Part shown: positions 18,542 through 27,704 of the stretch, piece after piece
How positions within the stretch are numbered: the stretch's first letter is position 1
Layout of the letters: every line of letters begins with the position of its first letter
NCBI GenBank assembly: GCA_041481345.1
Contig: JBGPBQ010000003.1
Span: forward strand, 1 to 44,842
Direction of reading: 5' to 3'
Length of the DNA: 44,842 nucleotides
From: Anaerolineae bacterium
Lineage (GTDB): Bacteria; Chloroflexota; Anaerolineae; Anaerolineales; UBA4823
Translations under genes and position numbers: made by a program
Notes under the pieces: generated by a model
Database searches by the model: none
What the model was told of the DNA's origin: nothing
The model's input: only the letters and a program-made list of their open reading frames with translations

Positions 18542-18980
18542 TTATTTATTTTTAGCCACGTCCATCCGGCACCAGGCGTATAACGCATCATACATATCAA
18601 ACTGGTGCGCCAGGTTATCGTTATCTTCCGGGAAGCGCAGGCTGAACCCACTCGCCAGGGCTTCCAGCCCGCGTGCCAGTGGCTCTTTGTCGATATCTTG
18701 ATCGACATCGGCAGAATGCACAATCTTAGCCAGCCGCAGAAGCCCGGGTTCTTTCAGCCCATATTTCAAGATAATGGACTCAAACGAGCACCTGCCTTCT
18801 ACATGCCCGAGCTCCACCCCGGGGGCATCATAGGGGATGGCGCCGGTTTCAGCCACCACCTTCTCGATCTGGCTGTTGGGGGACGAACAGGAACTCTGCC
18901 TCACTATCAACAAACCGTGTGATCAGCCATGGGCAGGCCACGCGGTCAACGTGTACATGTGAACGGGTTACCCATAACAT
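18542..18980 (-). pseudogene. chrB: Chromate-resistance ChrB C-terminal-domain protein, frameshifted
   Basis: ATG 18980 gives MLWVTRSHVHVDRVACPWLITRFVDSEAEFLFVP; the rest (PYDAPGVELGH..CSFE..MYDALYAW) is in another frame; one extra base in the G5 run at 18878-18882. Confidence 0.8.
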
Positions 18981-19107
18981 AGTCGTTTCTCCTATCTTTT
19001 CTAGTAATTATACACTTCTAAAATTAAGCATCGCAGCCTATAATGGGTGGATCTTTGCGGTAGAATGAATACAGCAACAAATCCTTATCGTTAGGAAGGC
19101 AATCGGT

Positions 19108-20886
19108 TTGACCCCAATTCAGCTCGTTTTTTCGTATGCCAAGCGTTATAAACTGGAACTTGGTGTCACCATCCTAAGCATGTTCCTCCTGGTAGGTGCG
19201 CGCCTGCTCGTTCCAGCGGCGATTACCAAGCTCATTGATATTGTTACCACCTCTACCGTTATACCCGAGTCATTTAAAGTAGTGAATGTCCTGGCGCTGG
19301 CGGTGTTGGGGATTTATATTCTCCGTGCCGGGATGACGTTCCTGCGTTCCTATATGGCTCACCTGGCAGGCTGGGGGGTGGTGGCGGATGTGCGTAAACA
19401 TATTTACGAGCATCTACAGGCCCTTTCGCTGCGCTACTATGAGGATAAGCAGACCGGTCAGCTGATGAGCCGCGTGATCAACGACACCGAGCTGTTTGAA
19501 CAGCTCATCAGCCACGCCGTACCCGACGTGGTGGTGAATATCATCACCCTGGTGGGAGTAAGCGTCATCCTGTTATTCATGAACTGGCGCCTGACTCTGC
19601 TCACGATGATACCCATCCCGCTGGTGGTCATCTCGCTCCGGGTGTATGCCCGCTATGTGCGCCCGGCATTCCGCGAACGCCAGAAAGAGCTGGGCAACCT
19701 CAACGCCATCCTGAATGACAGCCTGCAGGGCATCCGCGAGATCAAAGCCTTCACCCGCGAGGTGGAAGAGATGAAGCGCGTCAGTCAGGGCATTGACCGT
19801 TACCGCGTCTCCCTGCTCGGGGCGCTCAAGCTCATGGCCACCTTCCAGCCTTTCGTTGAGTTCACCTCCTCCTTGGGGGTGCTGATCGTGATCTACTTCG
19901 GCGGCAGGTTGGCGCTGCAAGGGACTCTTTCGGTGGCAGAATTGGTAGGTTTCTTTTTGTACCTCGAAATCTTCTATCAGCCGGTGCGCGAGCTAAGCAA
20001 TGCCTGGGAGCAGATCCAGGGCTCACTGGCAGGTGCCGACCGGGTGGCGGACCTGCTGGCAGAGCAGCCGGAGATCATGAACAGCCCCGACGCCATTGTT
20101 TTCGAAGGGCGCGCCCAGGGGAACATTTCCCTCCAGAATGTGAACTTTGAATACTCACCTGATACCCTGGTATTGGAGAATATCAACCTGGAAATCCCGG
20201 CCCAACAGGTGGTGGCGCTGGTGGGACCGACCGGAGTGGGTAAATCGACCATGGTCAGCATGATTCCACGCTTTTATGACGTCACCTCGGGTTGCATCAC
20301 CCTGGACGGCACCGATATCCGCCAGTACACCCTCGAGTCGCTTAGGCGGCAGATCAGCATCGTGCTGCAGGACGTGTTCCTGTTTCATGGCTCGGTGCGC
20401 GAAAACATCCTTTTCGGTCGCCCGAATGCCTCGGAGCAAGAGCTGCTCGCGGCTGCCCGCATCGCCAACGCCGATGGCTTTATCTCTGCTCTCTCCGATG
20501 GCTACGACACCTTGATCGGGGAGCGTGGGGTGAAACTTTCAGGTGGTCAGAAACAGCGCCTGTCCATCGCCCGCGCTGTGCTCAAGGATGCGCCCATCCT
20601 GATCCTGGATGAAGCCACCTCGTCGGTGGATACAGAGACCGAGCTGCTCATCCAGCAGGCATTGGAGCGCCTGATGGTGGGACGAACCACCATCATCATC
20701 GCCCACCGGCTTTCCACCATCCGCAACGCTGATAAAATCGTGGTGCTGGAGGGCAGGCAGATCCAGCAGGTGGGCACGCATGCCGAGCTGATGGCGCAGG
20801 ATGGCCTGTACCGTCGCCTGAACACCGTCCAGAACCGGCTGGAAGCTCCCGATATCGAAGAACCGTTCAGGCAGCCCGCGTTATAA
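19108..20886 (+). CDS. ABC exporter, fused TMD + ATPase (MsbA/Sav1866-like)
   Basis: TM domain, GPTGVGKST, LSGGQKQR, ILDEAT, IAHRLST. Confidence 0.95.
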   Translation: MTPIQLVFSYAKRYKLELGVTILSMFLLVGARLLVPAAITKLIDIVTTSTVIPESFKVVNVLALAVLGIYILRAGMTFLRSYMAHLAGWGVVADVRKHIYEHLQALSLRYYEDKQTGQLMSRVINDTELFEQLISHAVPDVVVNIITLVGVSVILLFMNWRLTLLTMIPIPLVVISLRVYARYVRPAFRERQKELGNLNAILNDSLQGIREIKAFTREVEEMKRVSQGIDRYRVSLLGALKLMATFQPFVEFTSSLGVLIVIYFGGRLALQGTLSVAELVGFFLYLEIFYQPVRELSNAWEQIQGSLAGADRVADLLAEQPEIMNSPDAIVFEGRAQGNISLQNVNFEYSPDTLVLENINLEIPAQQVVALVGPTGVGKSTMVSMIPRFYDVTSGCITLDGTDIRQYTLESLRRQISIVLQDVFLFHGSVRENILFGRPNASEQELLAAARIANADGFISALSDGYDTLIGERGVKLSGGQKQRLSIARAVLKDAPILILDEATSSVDTETELLIQQALERLMVGRTTIIIAHRLSTIRNADKIVVLEGRQIQQVGTHAELMAQDGLYRRLNTVQNRLEAPDIEEPFRQPAL

Positions 20887-20896
20887 ACAGTTGAAT

Positions 20897-21949
20897 TTAC
20901 TTGGTCAGGGTAACTTTGTGGATCGAGCGCGGCTGGTCCGGGTCAAACCCGCGCCTCTTGGTCAGGTGGTATGCCAGCAGCTGCCCCGGGATGACCGCCG
21001 GGATTGGGCTGAGCCATTCCGGTAGCCCTCCCGGCACGGGGATGAACGTATCCTGCTCGGCAGTGTGACCGATGAGCTCCGCATCCCCGATGGTGATCAG
21101 CCTGGCGCCTCTCGCCCGCAGGGTGCTGCCTAAGGCATTCAGCTCCTCCCTGAAAGTATCTCCAATCGAAATCAGGTTCACCGGGAAGCCCTCGTCCACG
21201 ATGGCGATCGGTCCGTGCAGGAAATCGGCTGAGGAATAAGGTTCAGCCTGGATGTTCGCCAGCTCCTTACACTTCAGCGAAATCTCATGGGCAGTCGAAT
21301 AATTGAACCCCCGCCCGATAAAGATGGTATGGTCAGACCCCGCCAGGATCCTGGCGGCTTCCTGCGCTTGCGGCTCTGACTTCAGCGCTTGTGCCAGGGC
21401 CTCGGGGACGGCCTGCAGCAGGTCGAGCTGGATGGGGCTGCCCTTCAGGCACAGCGCCAACAGCGCCAGAGCGGTCAGCTGGGCGGTGTAGGTCTTTGTT
21501 GCCGCCACGCTGCATTCCTTCCCCACCCCCAGCGCAATCTTAAATTCAGCTGCCAGTGCCAGCGGAGAGTCGAGGTCATTGGTGATGGCGATGGTTGGCA
21601 CTCCCTGGCGTCGGCCTTCATCAATCACACTGACGATATCCGGCGACTGCCCCGACTGTGAGATGCCGATCACGAGCGACCCTTCCAGGCGGGGCGGTGC
21701 GTGGTAGCGGGTGAACAGGGACGGCGCCGCCAGTGCCACCGGCAGGCGGTTGATCGCTCCCAGGATGTACTGCCCATATCGGGCGGCATTATCTGACGTG
21801 CCACGCGCTGCTAACAATGCGTAGGAGAACGTGCGCGGCGATAGCTGCCGGCTGATCCACTCCACCCGCTCCGATTCTGCTTTCAGCATTCCTCGGATGG
21901 CTTCAGGCTGTTCGTAAATCTCGTTCAATAGTTCGGAGGGTTTCGTCAT
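20897..21949 (-). CDS. Double SIS-domain protein (GlmS C-terminal-like; probable glucosamine-6-P deaminase/isomerase)
   Basis: EIYEQP, ARGTSDNA, ISQSGQSPD, VAATKTY, HGP, KVTLT; start could be 21967. Confidence 0.88.
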   Translation of the reverse strand: MTKPSELLNEIYEQPEAIRGMLKAESERVEWISRQLSPRTFSYALLAARGTSDNAARYGQYILGAINRLPVALAAPSLFTRYHAPPRLEGSLVIGISQSGQSPDIVSVIDEGRRQGVPTIAITNDLDSPLALAAEFKIALGVGKECSVAATKTYTAQLTALALLALCLKGSPIQLDLLQAVPEALAQALKSEPQAQEAARILAGSDHTIFIGRGFNYSTAHEISLKCKELANIQAEPYSSADFLHGPIAIVDEGFPVNLISIGDTFREELNALGSTLRARGARLITIGDAELIGHTAEQDTFIPVPGGLPEWLSPIPAVIPGQLLAYHLTKRRGFDPDQPRSIHKVTLTK

Positions 21950-21984
21950 GGTGAATTCTGTTTTCATCCTAATAGTAGATAAGC

Positions 21985-23283
21985 CTAACCCTTCCAAAAC
22001 CGGGACAGGTATCGCCGGTTGATCACCAGCATATCATCCAAAACCGCCTGCACCTGGTCTGCCTTGGGTCCCAGCGGGTGCGCCAGTAGTGCCTGGTAGG
22101 CGGCTTTGCGGTCTCCGTGCACCGCGGCTTCAACCGTGAGCAGCTCATAAGACTTCACCTGTGCCAGCAGACCGAAGCAAACTGGAGGCAGCGGCTCAGC
22201 TGCTAGGGGCTGGACGCCTTCTTTATCGACTTTGCATGGCATCTCGAGCACCCATTCCGCTGGCCACCCTTTCACGGCTCCAGCGTGTGCGGTGTTGACG
22301 ATATGAGTCTCACCCAGGTCGTTGTAATGCGCGTTGAGCAGCTGGGTGGCGACGGTGGAATAGTAGGCCCCACCGCGCAGCATCAAGTCTGCCGGGGGGC
22401 TGCTGAGGGCTGGGTCGGCATATTCCCTGAGCAGGTCTCTCTCGATTTTGATCACTTCCTCCCCCCGTGAGGGAGGCCAGCTGTGCTGTGCTTTCAGCTT
22501 GCGGTCGGTGTGGTAGAAGTACTGCAGGTAATAATTGGGCAGCATTCCCAATATCTCGATCGTGCGCGGCTCCCACTCCGGTTCTGCCTCAGACCGCAGC
22601 TCGTTAAGTGTGGCTTCAATCACCTGCGGCCAGATATCCTCCCCATCAATCGTGAAGCCGCGATGCCAGGAGAGATGGTTCAAACCGAGGGTATTAAGCT
22701 CCGTCCGCTCGGGGGTGACGTCCATGTCATTAAATTCCTTCAACCCTGTGAGGATGCCCATCTTGGTGGTGACCGCTACGTTGCAAACCCCCACCGAGGG
22801 TACCTCCGGGGCATATGTCTGTAACGCCTGGGTGACCAGGCCCGCCGGGTTGGTAAAGTTGGCCAACAACGCGCCCGGGGCACCCAGCTCACGCATATCT
22901 GCCGCAATCTGCAGCACCACCGGGATGGTGCGCAGGGCTTTGGCCATCCCCCCCACGCCGGTCGTCTCCTGACCGATCAATCCGTGCCTGAGTCCCAGGT
23001 ATTCGTCTGCCACGCGTGCCGGCATCTGCCCCACCCGCAGCTGGGTGATGACGTAAGAGGCATTTTGAACAGCAGCCTTCTGGTCCCCCGTCAGCACAAC
23101 CTTGAACGGCTCGCCTTTGGCCTGCACCATGCGCTGAGCGAACCCCCCCACAATATTCAGGCGTTCTGCGTCGATATCCATCAGCCACAGCTCAGTGACG
23201 GGCAGTGTGCCAATCCGCTCGAGGAATCCGTTGACCAGCTCTGGGGTGTAAGTGGACCCCCCGCCGATGACCGCGATTTTCAT
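21985..23283 (-). CDS. Glycoside hydrolase family 4, 6-phospho-beta-glucosidase-like
   Basis: KIAVIGGGSTYTPEL, GQETTGVGG, NFTNP, GVCN, GLNH, RGGAYYS. Confidence 0.93.
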   Translation of the reverse strand: MKIAVIGGGSTYTPELVNGFLERIGTLPVTELWLMDIDAERLNIVGGFAQRMVQAKGEPFKVVLTGDQKAAVQNASYVITQLRVGQMPARVADEYLGLRHGLIGQETTGVGGMAKALRTIPVVLQIAADMRELGAPGALLANFTNPAGLVTQALQTYAPEVPSVGVCNVAVTTKMGILTGLKEFNDMDVTPERTELNTLGLNHLSWHRGFTIDGEDIWPQVIEATLNELRSEAEPEWEPRTIEILGMLPNYYLQYFYHTDRKLKAQHSWPPSRGEEVIKIERDLLREYADPALSSPPADLMLRGGAYYSTVATQLLNAHYNDLGETHIVNTAHAGAVKGWPAEWVLEMPCKVDKEGVQPLAAEPLPPVCFGLLAQVKSYELLTVEAAVHGDRKAAYQALLAHPLGPKADQVQAVLDDMLVINRRYLSRFWKG

Positions 23284-23337
23284 GGTTGCATTCCTTTCAC
23301 GAGGATTGTAGCATTAAATATTTGAAATTATCTAATT

Positions 23338-23367
23338 AACCGCAGATAAACGCAGATTGACACAGAT
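23338..23367 (+). repeat. 10-bp period short repeat (CRCAGAT)
   Basis: CGCAGATAAA CGCAGATTGA CACAGAT. Confidence 0.65.
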
Positions 23368-23395
23368 AATAAGAGAATATTTTATTATTAAGAAT

Positions 23396-23420
23396 GTAGC
23401 CGGGATCGTTGATCCCGGTC
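23396..23420 (+). repeat. REP-like palindrome, CCGGGAT family copy 1
   Basis: GTAG-CCGGGATC-GTT-GATCCCGG-TC. Confidence 0.7.
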
Positions 23421-23519
23421 TTTTGCTTCTTTCATCAAGGACGCCAGGCGGGGCCTTCTAGTTATTCGGTTTTTAATCACTGATATAATCTACGATCAAT
23501 AGGTTCAAGGAGGTATGAA

Positions 23520-23939
23520 ATGACTCAACCAACATTTACCGGTAAAGGAACTGCGAACGATCCTTGGATTCTTCAAACCCCGCCGGGCACATCTGAGTAC
23601 AAAATGTATCGTGACGAAACATCCAACCCGCCCGCCTTAGTTTGCATCGTAGGGACAACCAAGCTCAGTTACCATCTGCGTTGCATTGAAGACCTGCATG
23701 CAATGCTCAAGAAGCACGGCGATTGGATGTTACTCGGTAGTGCTGACGAACAGAAACCAGCCGCGGAAGGAACCGTGGAGGCATGGGCCCGCTCGGTGGA
23801 CAACCCTGTGGGCGGGTGGTATGGATTGAAGAAGGGTCTGCGGGGAAGGTTTGCCATGTACGTACCACCTTTGATGGAAGCTTTAGGGCTGGCAGAGGTC
23901 GAGCACAATGCGAAGAACAATCGCATACGCGCCCTCTGA
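23520..23939 (+). CDS. Conserved hypothetical protein (DUF6855-like)
   Basis: RBS AAGGAGG; GT..DPW.L.TPPG and NPVGGWYGLKKG.RGRF motifs recalled from this family. Confidence 0.75.
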   Translation: MTQPTFTGKGTANDPWILQTPPGTSEYKMYRDETSNPPALVCIVGTTKLSYHLRCIEDLHAMLKKHGDWMLLGSADEQKPAAEGTVEAWARSVDNPVGGWYGLKKGLRGRFAMYVPPLMEALGLAEVEHNAKNNRIRAL

Positions 23940-24280
23940 TATCGTTCCAACCCCAATCTCGTTCTAATAATGCCACCCAACCCCTAGCTAATGGCTGGAG
24001 GTTCGCATTACATCCTTAGATTTCGAGCGATAATTGGTAATGAGTATCGCCAGTTTCGCTACTGCTGAGTCAAGCTTTCAAGCTGCAAAGGTTCATAAGC
24101 TGTTTAGCCACTAAGTCACAACTAATTGATTCGTTCGTCCAGTAGACAATCGAGATAGAATTACTGCTTCTTGTTTAAATTGGTGAACTGGATAGTAGGT
24201 TTTTCTGGCAAAAACGGGATTACGGTTCATCGATTTGGGCAGTACTCTGTTGGAGATAAATTGGTTTCTGGTAATCATGA

Positions 24281-25204
24281 ATGAGAAGCGTTTCAATTAC
24301 TAAACTATTTCAGGTGGCTCGTCCACAATTTTTACTTTGCGGAATGGGTCTATTCGCCTTTGGGGCTCTCTGGGCATTATTATTAGGAGCGCCTTTTTCC
24401 CTTTCGCGGATACTCCTTGGTTACCTGGTCCTTCTACCGGCCCATCTTTCCATTTCCTACAGCAATGACTACTTTGACGTGGATGTCGACAAGTATGGCA
24501 AACCCACTTTCTTCACCGGAGGCAGTGGTGTGCTGGTGGATCACCCCGAGTTGAGAAAACCTGCCCTATGGACTGCGATAACCCTGATCTTGTGCTCCCT
24601 GGCACTTGGAATTGTGTTTCAAATAGTGTATACGTTTCCGATCTGGTTCTTGGGTTTTGTTATATTGGGCAACTTATTAGGCTGGTTTTACTCTGCGCCA
24701 CCTTTAAGGCTTGCTTATCGCGGTTTAGGGGAATTGGCGATGACCTTTTCCATTGGCCTACTGATCCCGGGACTTGGATATCTGGTTACAAGTGGGCAGA
24801 TGAATCTGGATGGATTGCTTTTTCTCGTACCCCTGATGCTATATGGCTTAGCATTCATTCTTACTGTAGAGATACCGGATATGGAATCGGACCGATCAGG
24901 CAATAAGAGGACATGGGTAGCTCAAAAGGGTCGCAGCTTTGGCTTCACAGTAATTGCGACGTCGTTTCTCTTGGCAACAGTATTCTTCTTCTGTTTCCCA
25001 TGGCTAACATCCCGTGCCTATCCGTTGGATTTTCGCATTCTGGGTATACTGTCCCTAATACCTCTCGGAGCAGGTGGCATTGGTCTGCTAAAGAGACGTA
25101 CAGAGAGACAATCGGCTACCCGGATTGTCAACGTGATTATGATCACTATTGCAGCTTTCTGTATCTTGTTAGATGGGTATATGGGTTATCTTATCCTCAG
25201 TTAG
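24281..25204 (+). CDS. UbiA/MenA family prenyltransferase
   Basis: RP, NDYFD..VD, YSAPP.RL.YRG.GE, EIPD.ESD...KRT; polytopic. Confidence 0.9.
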   Translation: MRSVSITKLFQVARPQFLLCGMGLFAFGALWALLLGAPFSLSRILLGYLVLLPAHLSISYSNDYFDVDVDKYGKPTFFTGGSGVLVDHPELRKPALWTAITLILCSLALGIVFQIVYTFPIWFLGFVILGNLLGWFYSAPPLRLAYRGLGELAMTFSIGLLIPGLGYLVTSGQMNLDGLLFLVPLMLYGLAFILTVEIPDMESDRSGNKRTWVAQKGRSFGFTVIATSFLLATVFFFCFPWLTSRAYPLDFRILGILSLIPLGAGGIGLLKRRTERQSATRIVNVIMITIAAFCILLDGYMGYLILS

Positions 25205-25364
25205 ATTGTGTAAGTGAGGATAGAGAAAAAGTGGGAGCCGGATAGAATAAAGCACCAAGCCAAGCCACTAATTTGTCGGTTATTTCAAAGGACCTTTTAG
25301 TAAAGCTCTTATTTCTCAGGTACAGTGGGAAGCACATTAATCTTGACCTGCCGAAAACTATTAA

Positions 25365-25463
25365 TCACCCCGACCGATCCTGGCAATCCTCGTCCTCATC
25401 AATGGGTAGGTAGACTTCCCCGTTGCAACGTAAGCACCTCGAGAGGATACGGACTTTGAGCAT
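25365..25463 (-). CDS. 32-aa CxxC small ORF, possibly a truncated zinc-finger gene
   Basis: RBS AAGGAGG; MLKVRILSRCLRCNGEVYLPIDEDEDCQDRSG*; below the ORF-track cutoff. Confidence 0.5.
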   Translation of the reverse strand: MLKVRILSRCLRCNGEVYLPIDEDEDCQDRSG

Positions 25464-25489
25464 GGTTACCTCCTTTTTTGGATAGAATC

Positions 25490-25614
25490 AAAAAGCCTGC
25501 CTCTCAACCGAGAGGCGGGTGTAGAAAGGACGTGCGATCTTTAGCGGATGGGCAGGCAGCACGGTAGCCTGCACCCCGTGCGCCCATGTGGTGCCTTTCA
25601 GGATCACTGACACC
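25490..25614 (-). ncRNA. Candidate structured leader RNA (three hairpins, the last terminator-like)
   Basis: Stems at 25590-25614, 25548-25587 and 25495-25520, then U5, ahead of the RBS. Confidence 0.4.
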
Positions 25615-25735
25615 AGGGGAAAAAAGAAGTACTTACGTTAACCCTCCCAGAGTTTACTAGTAAACTTTGCTTTCCTCTTTCAAAACCGTGTCATTACCAG
25701 CCCGAGGATTTACCGGGCGAATTGTGAAAAAGTAG

Positions 25736-25763
25736 TTGCAATAATTTAAATTGCATATATACT
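25736..25763 (+). promoter_or_regulatory. Putative promoter with overlapping palindrome
   Basis: TTGCAA, 16 nt, TATACT; TGCAAT-N7-ATTGCA inverted repeat at 25737-25755. Confidence 0.4.
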
Positions 25764-26037
25764 GAATATACCGAAAAATTAGTATTCGTTATAGGAATGT
25801 ATACCATTTGTAGAGTCAGGGTAGTAGCAATGAATTGGATAGAAGGATAAATATGGGGTTATCCCAACGCATCATGCATATTTTCTTCCAGGGAAAAATA
25901 GGTATTCAATAATTCCCTGGATATCATCCAGATACCAATCGTTGGGTTGCCCGCCAATTCCAACAAAAAGTTAAGCGGATGGTTTTGCTGCCCAATCACA
26001 TGAGTGGACATCGATTGCCTCAAGGAGGGATAGCAGT

Positions 26038-27153
26038 ATGAACAACCGATTATGCCGCCTGCCAATAGTGTTTCTACTTGCGACAATTATTCTGGTTTTA
26101 TCCGGTTTGAGTGTGTCTAACTCTGAAGGTGTAAAAGGAGACACCGCAGCTGCAAGCTTTCAAAATATAAGCTGGACTAAGGTGTCTAGTCCGGTGACCG
26201 ACACGCTCAACTCTATCGCAATGGTCTCAGCTAACGATGGCTGGGCAGCTGGAGAAAATGGTGCATTGCTTCATTACGATGGATCGGTGTGGGTATCCTC
26301 CAACCTTCCCTTGACAATGACACTATTCTCAGTGTCCATGTCATCAGAGAATAATGGATGGGCAGTAGGGGCGGATAATATCCCCCCTGGTAATGGCATC
26401 CTATTACGTTGGAATGGTATTGGGTGGCAGTCTGTTCCGAAGCCATCGATTCCATGGCCGTTCTATATGACGGATGTCTCGGTTCCGAATGACACGAGTG
26501 CGTGGATCGCTGGCGGAATTATTGTATGCTCGGTTGGGCCCCCGTGTGTTCCCACCGACGCACTTGGCACAATTGCTTATTGGGATGGCAGTATATGGAG
26601 TACCTATCAGATTTCTGACGTATTTCTATCATCTATTTACATGATAAGTGATACCAATGGCTGGGCGGTAGGAACCGAGGTGGTTCAACCTACGAAGGAA
26701 TTACGAAGTTCAATAATGCACTGGGATGGCAGCAGCTGGAGTAGTGTCGCTCATCCCACCATTGTTTATCCACCTGGAAATTATCAAAGTATTCTCGAAG
26801 AAGTCACTGCACTAAATGCAACCAATGCCTGGTCTGCTGTCTCTAACCAAAACACTTTTCTACATTGGGACGGAATGGCATGGACCCAAGTGGACAGCCC
26901 AGTGAGGGGAAAGCCTTCCTTAGCTGTCATTTCCACCAATGATGCGTGGGCGGTAGGAGGTGAAGGTGATATAGGATATTGGGATGGCAATATCTGGACC
27001 CAAGTGTCCAGTCCAGTAACCGTAACCCTTACTTCTGTAGCAATGGTTTCGATCAATGACGGTTGGGCAGTTGGGTATGGCGGCGCAATTCTACACGGCA
27101 TTGGTTTTCAGGGAATTGGCTTTCAGATATTCTTACCTTTGGCCTGGAAGTAA
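26038..27153 (+). CDS. Secreted beta-propeller repeat protein (YCF48/BNR-like)
   Basis: Signal peptide; repeats L.S..M.S.NDGWAVG...ILHWDG..W; ends IFLPLAWK. Confidence 0.85.
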   Translation: MNNRLCRLPIVFLLATIILVLSGLSVSNSEGVKGDTAAASFQNISWTKVSSPVTDTLNSIAMVSANDGWAAGENGALLHYDGSVWVSSNLPLTMTLFSVSMSSENNGWAVGADNIPPGNGILLRWNGIGWQSVPKPSIPWPFYMTDVSVPNDTSAWIAGGIIVCSVGPPCVPTDALGTIAYWDGSIWSTYQISDVFLSSIYMISDTNGWAVGTEVVQPTKELRSSIMHWDGSSWSSVAHPTIVYPPGNYQSILEEVTALNATNAWSAVSNQNTFLHWDGMAWTQVDSPVRGKPSLAVISTNDAWAVGGEGDIGYWDGNIWTQVSSPVTVTLTSVAMVSINDGWAVGYGGAILHGIGFQGIGFQIFLPLAWK

Positions 27154-27215
27154 TTCAAAACAGATATTTGTGTTATTCCTTTGTGTCCCTGGTGTCCTTA
27201 GTGGTTTTCTTTTCT

Positions 27216-27270
27216 TAGGGGTGCGACGAGGCCGGTCAGCTCTACGACCGAAGCGTCACTGCGCCCTTAC
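27216..27270. repeat. Degenerate REP-like inverted repeat
   Basis: TAGGGGTGCGACG...CGTCACTGCGCCCTTAC with an inner GGTC/GACC stem. Confidence 0.45.
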
Positions 27271-27307
27271 TACTTCAGCTCGCTTCGGCCTCCTCATGCT
27301 TATCATT

Positions 27308-27369
27308 GTACGGGCGCAGGGGAGAAATCCCTACTGATTCATGTTTATATTCCTCCCCTGCGCCCCTAC
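27308..27369. repeat. GTAG-type REP doublet
   Basis: GTACGGGCGCAGGGGAG ... CTCCCCTGCGCCCCTAC, 16/17 inverted match. Confidence 0.7.
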
Positions 27370-27704
27370 CGGTCCTATCTATAAAAAAATTGGCTCTTAT
27401 AGGGTTTCAAGGAGGTGGTCAAATGAGAGCCAGGAAACTTGATGGAAGGTACGACGACATCATCATGGCACTACACTTCGATTCGTGATCAGCGGCCACA
27501 TCACGCGCGGAAGCAATGCGAGAACGCGCCAAAATAGGAAAAGGGAGTAATCGCCTGAACTACATTCCCAAATCCAGCGGGATAAACTTCCCGAAGGATT
27601 GGGAATCCATCTGATGACGCGGGAAGACCCCCGTGCTATACTTTATGCAATCAATCAAGGCGACCATGTTGTGGCTTTTCACCTTCACTTAGAAAGGTCT
27701 AAGT

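Noticed and set aside
23970-24112. Integron attC site
   Set aside because: ACCCAAC is present, but there is no proper GTTRRRY partner or convincing pairing, and no integrase.
25490-25614. c-di-AMP or other known riboswitch
   Set aside because: Only a CCTGAAAGG-like fragment resembles it; the other conserved blocks are missing.
25859-26086. 75-aa minus-strand ORF (and 24111-24296)
   Set aside because: Each overlaps the start of a real gene, has no motifs and no convincing RBS.
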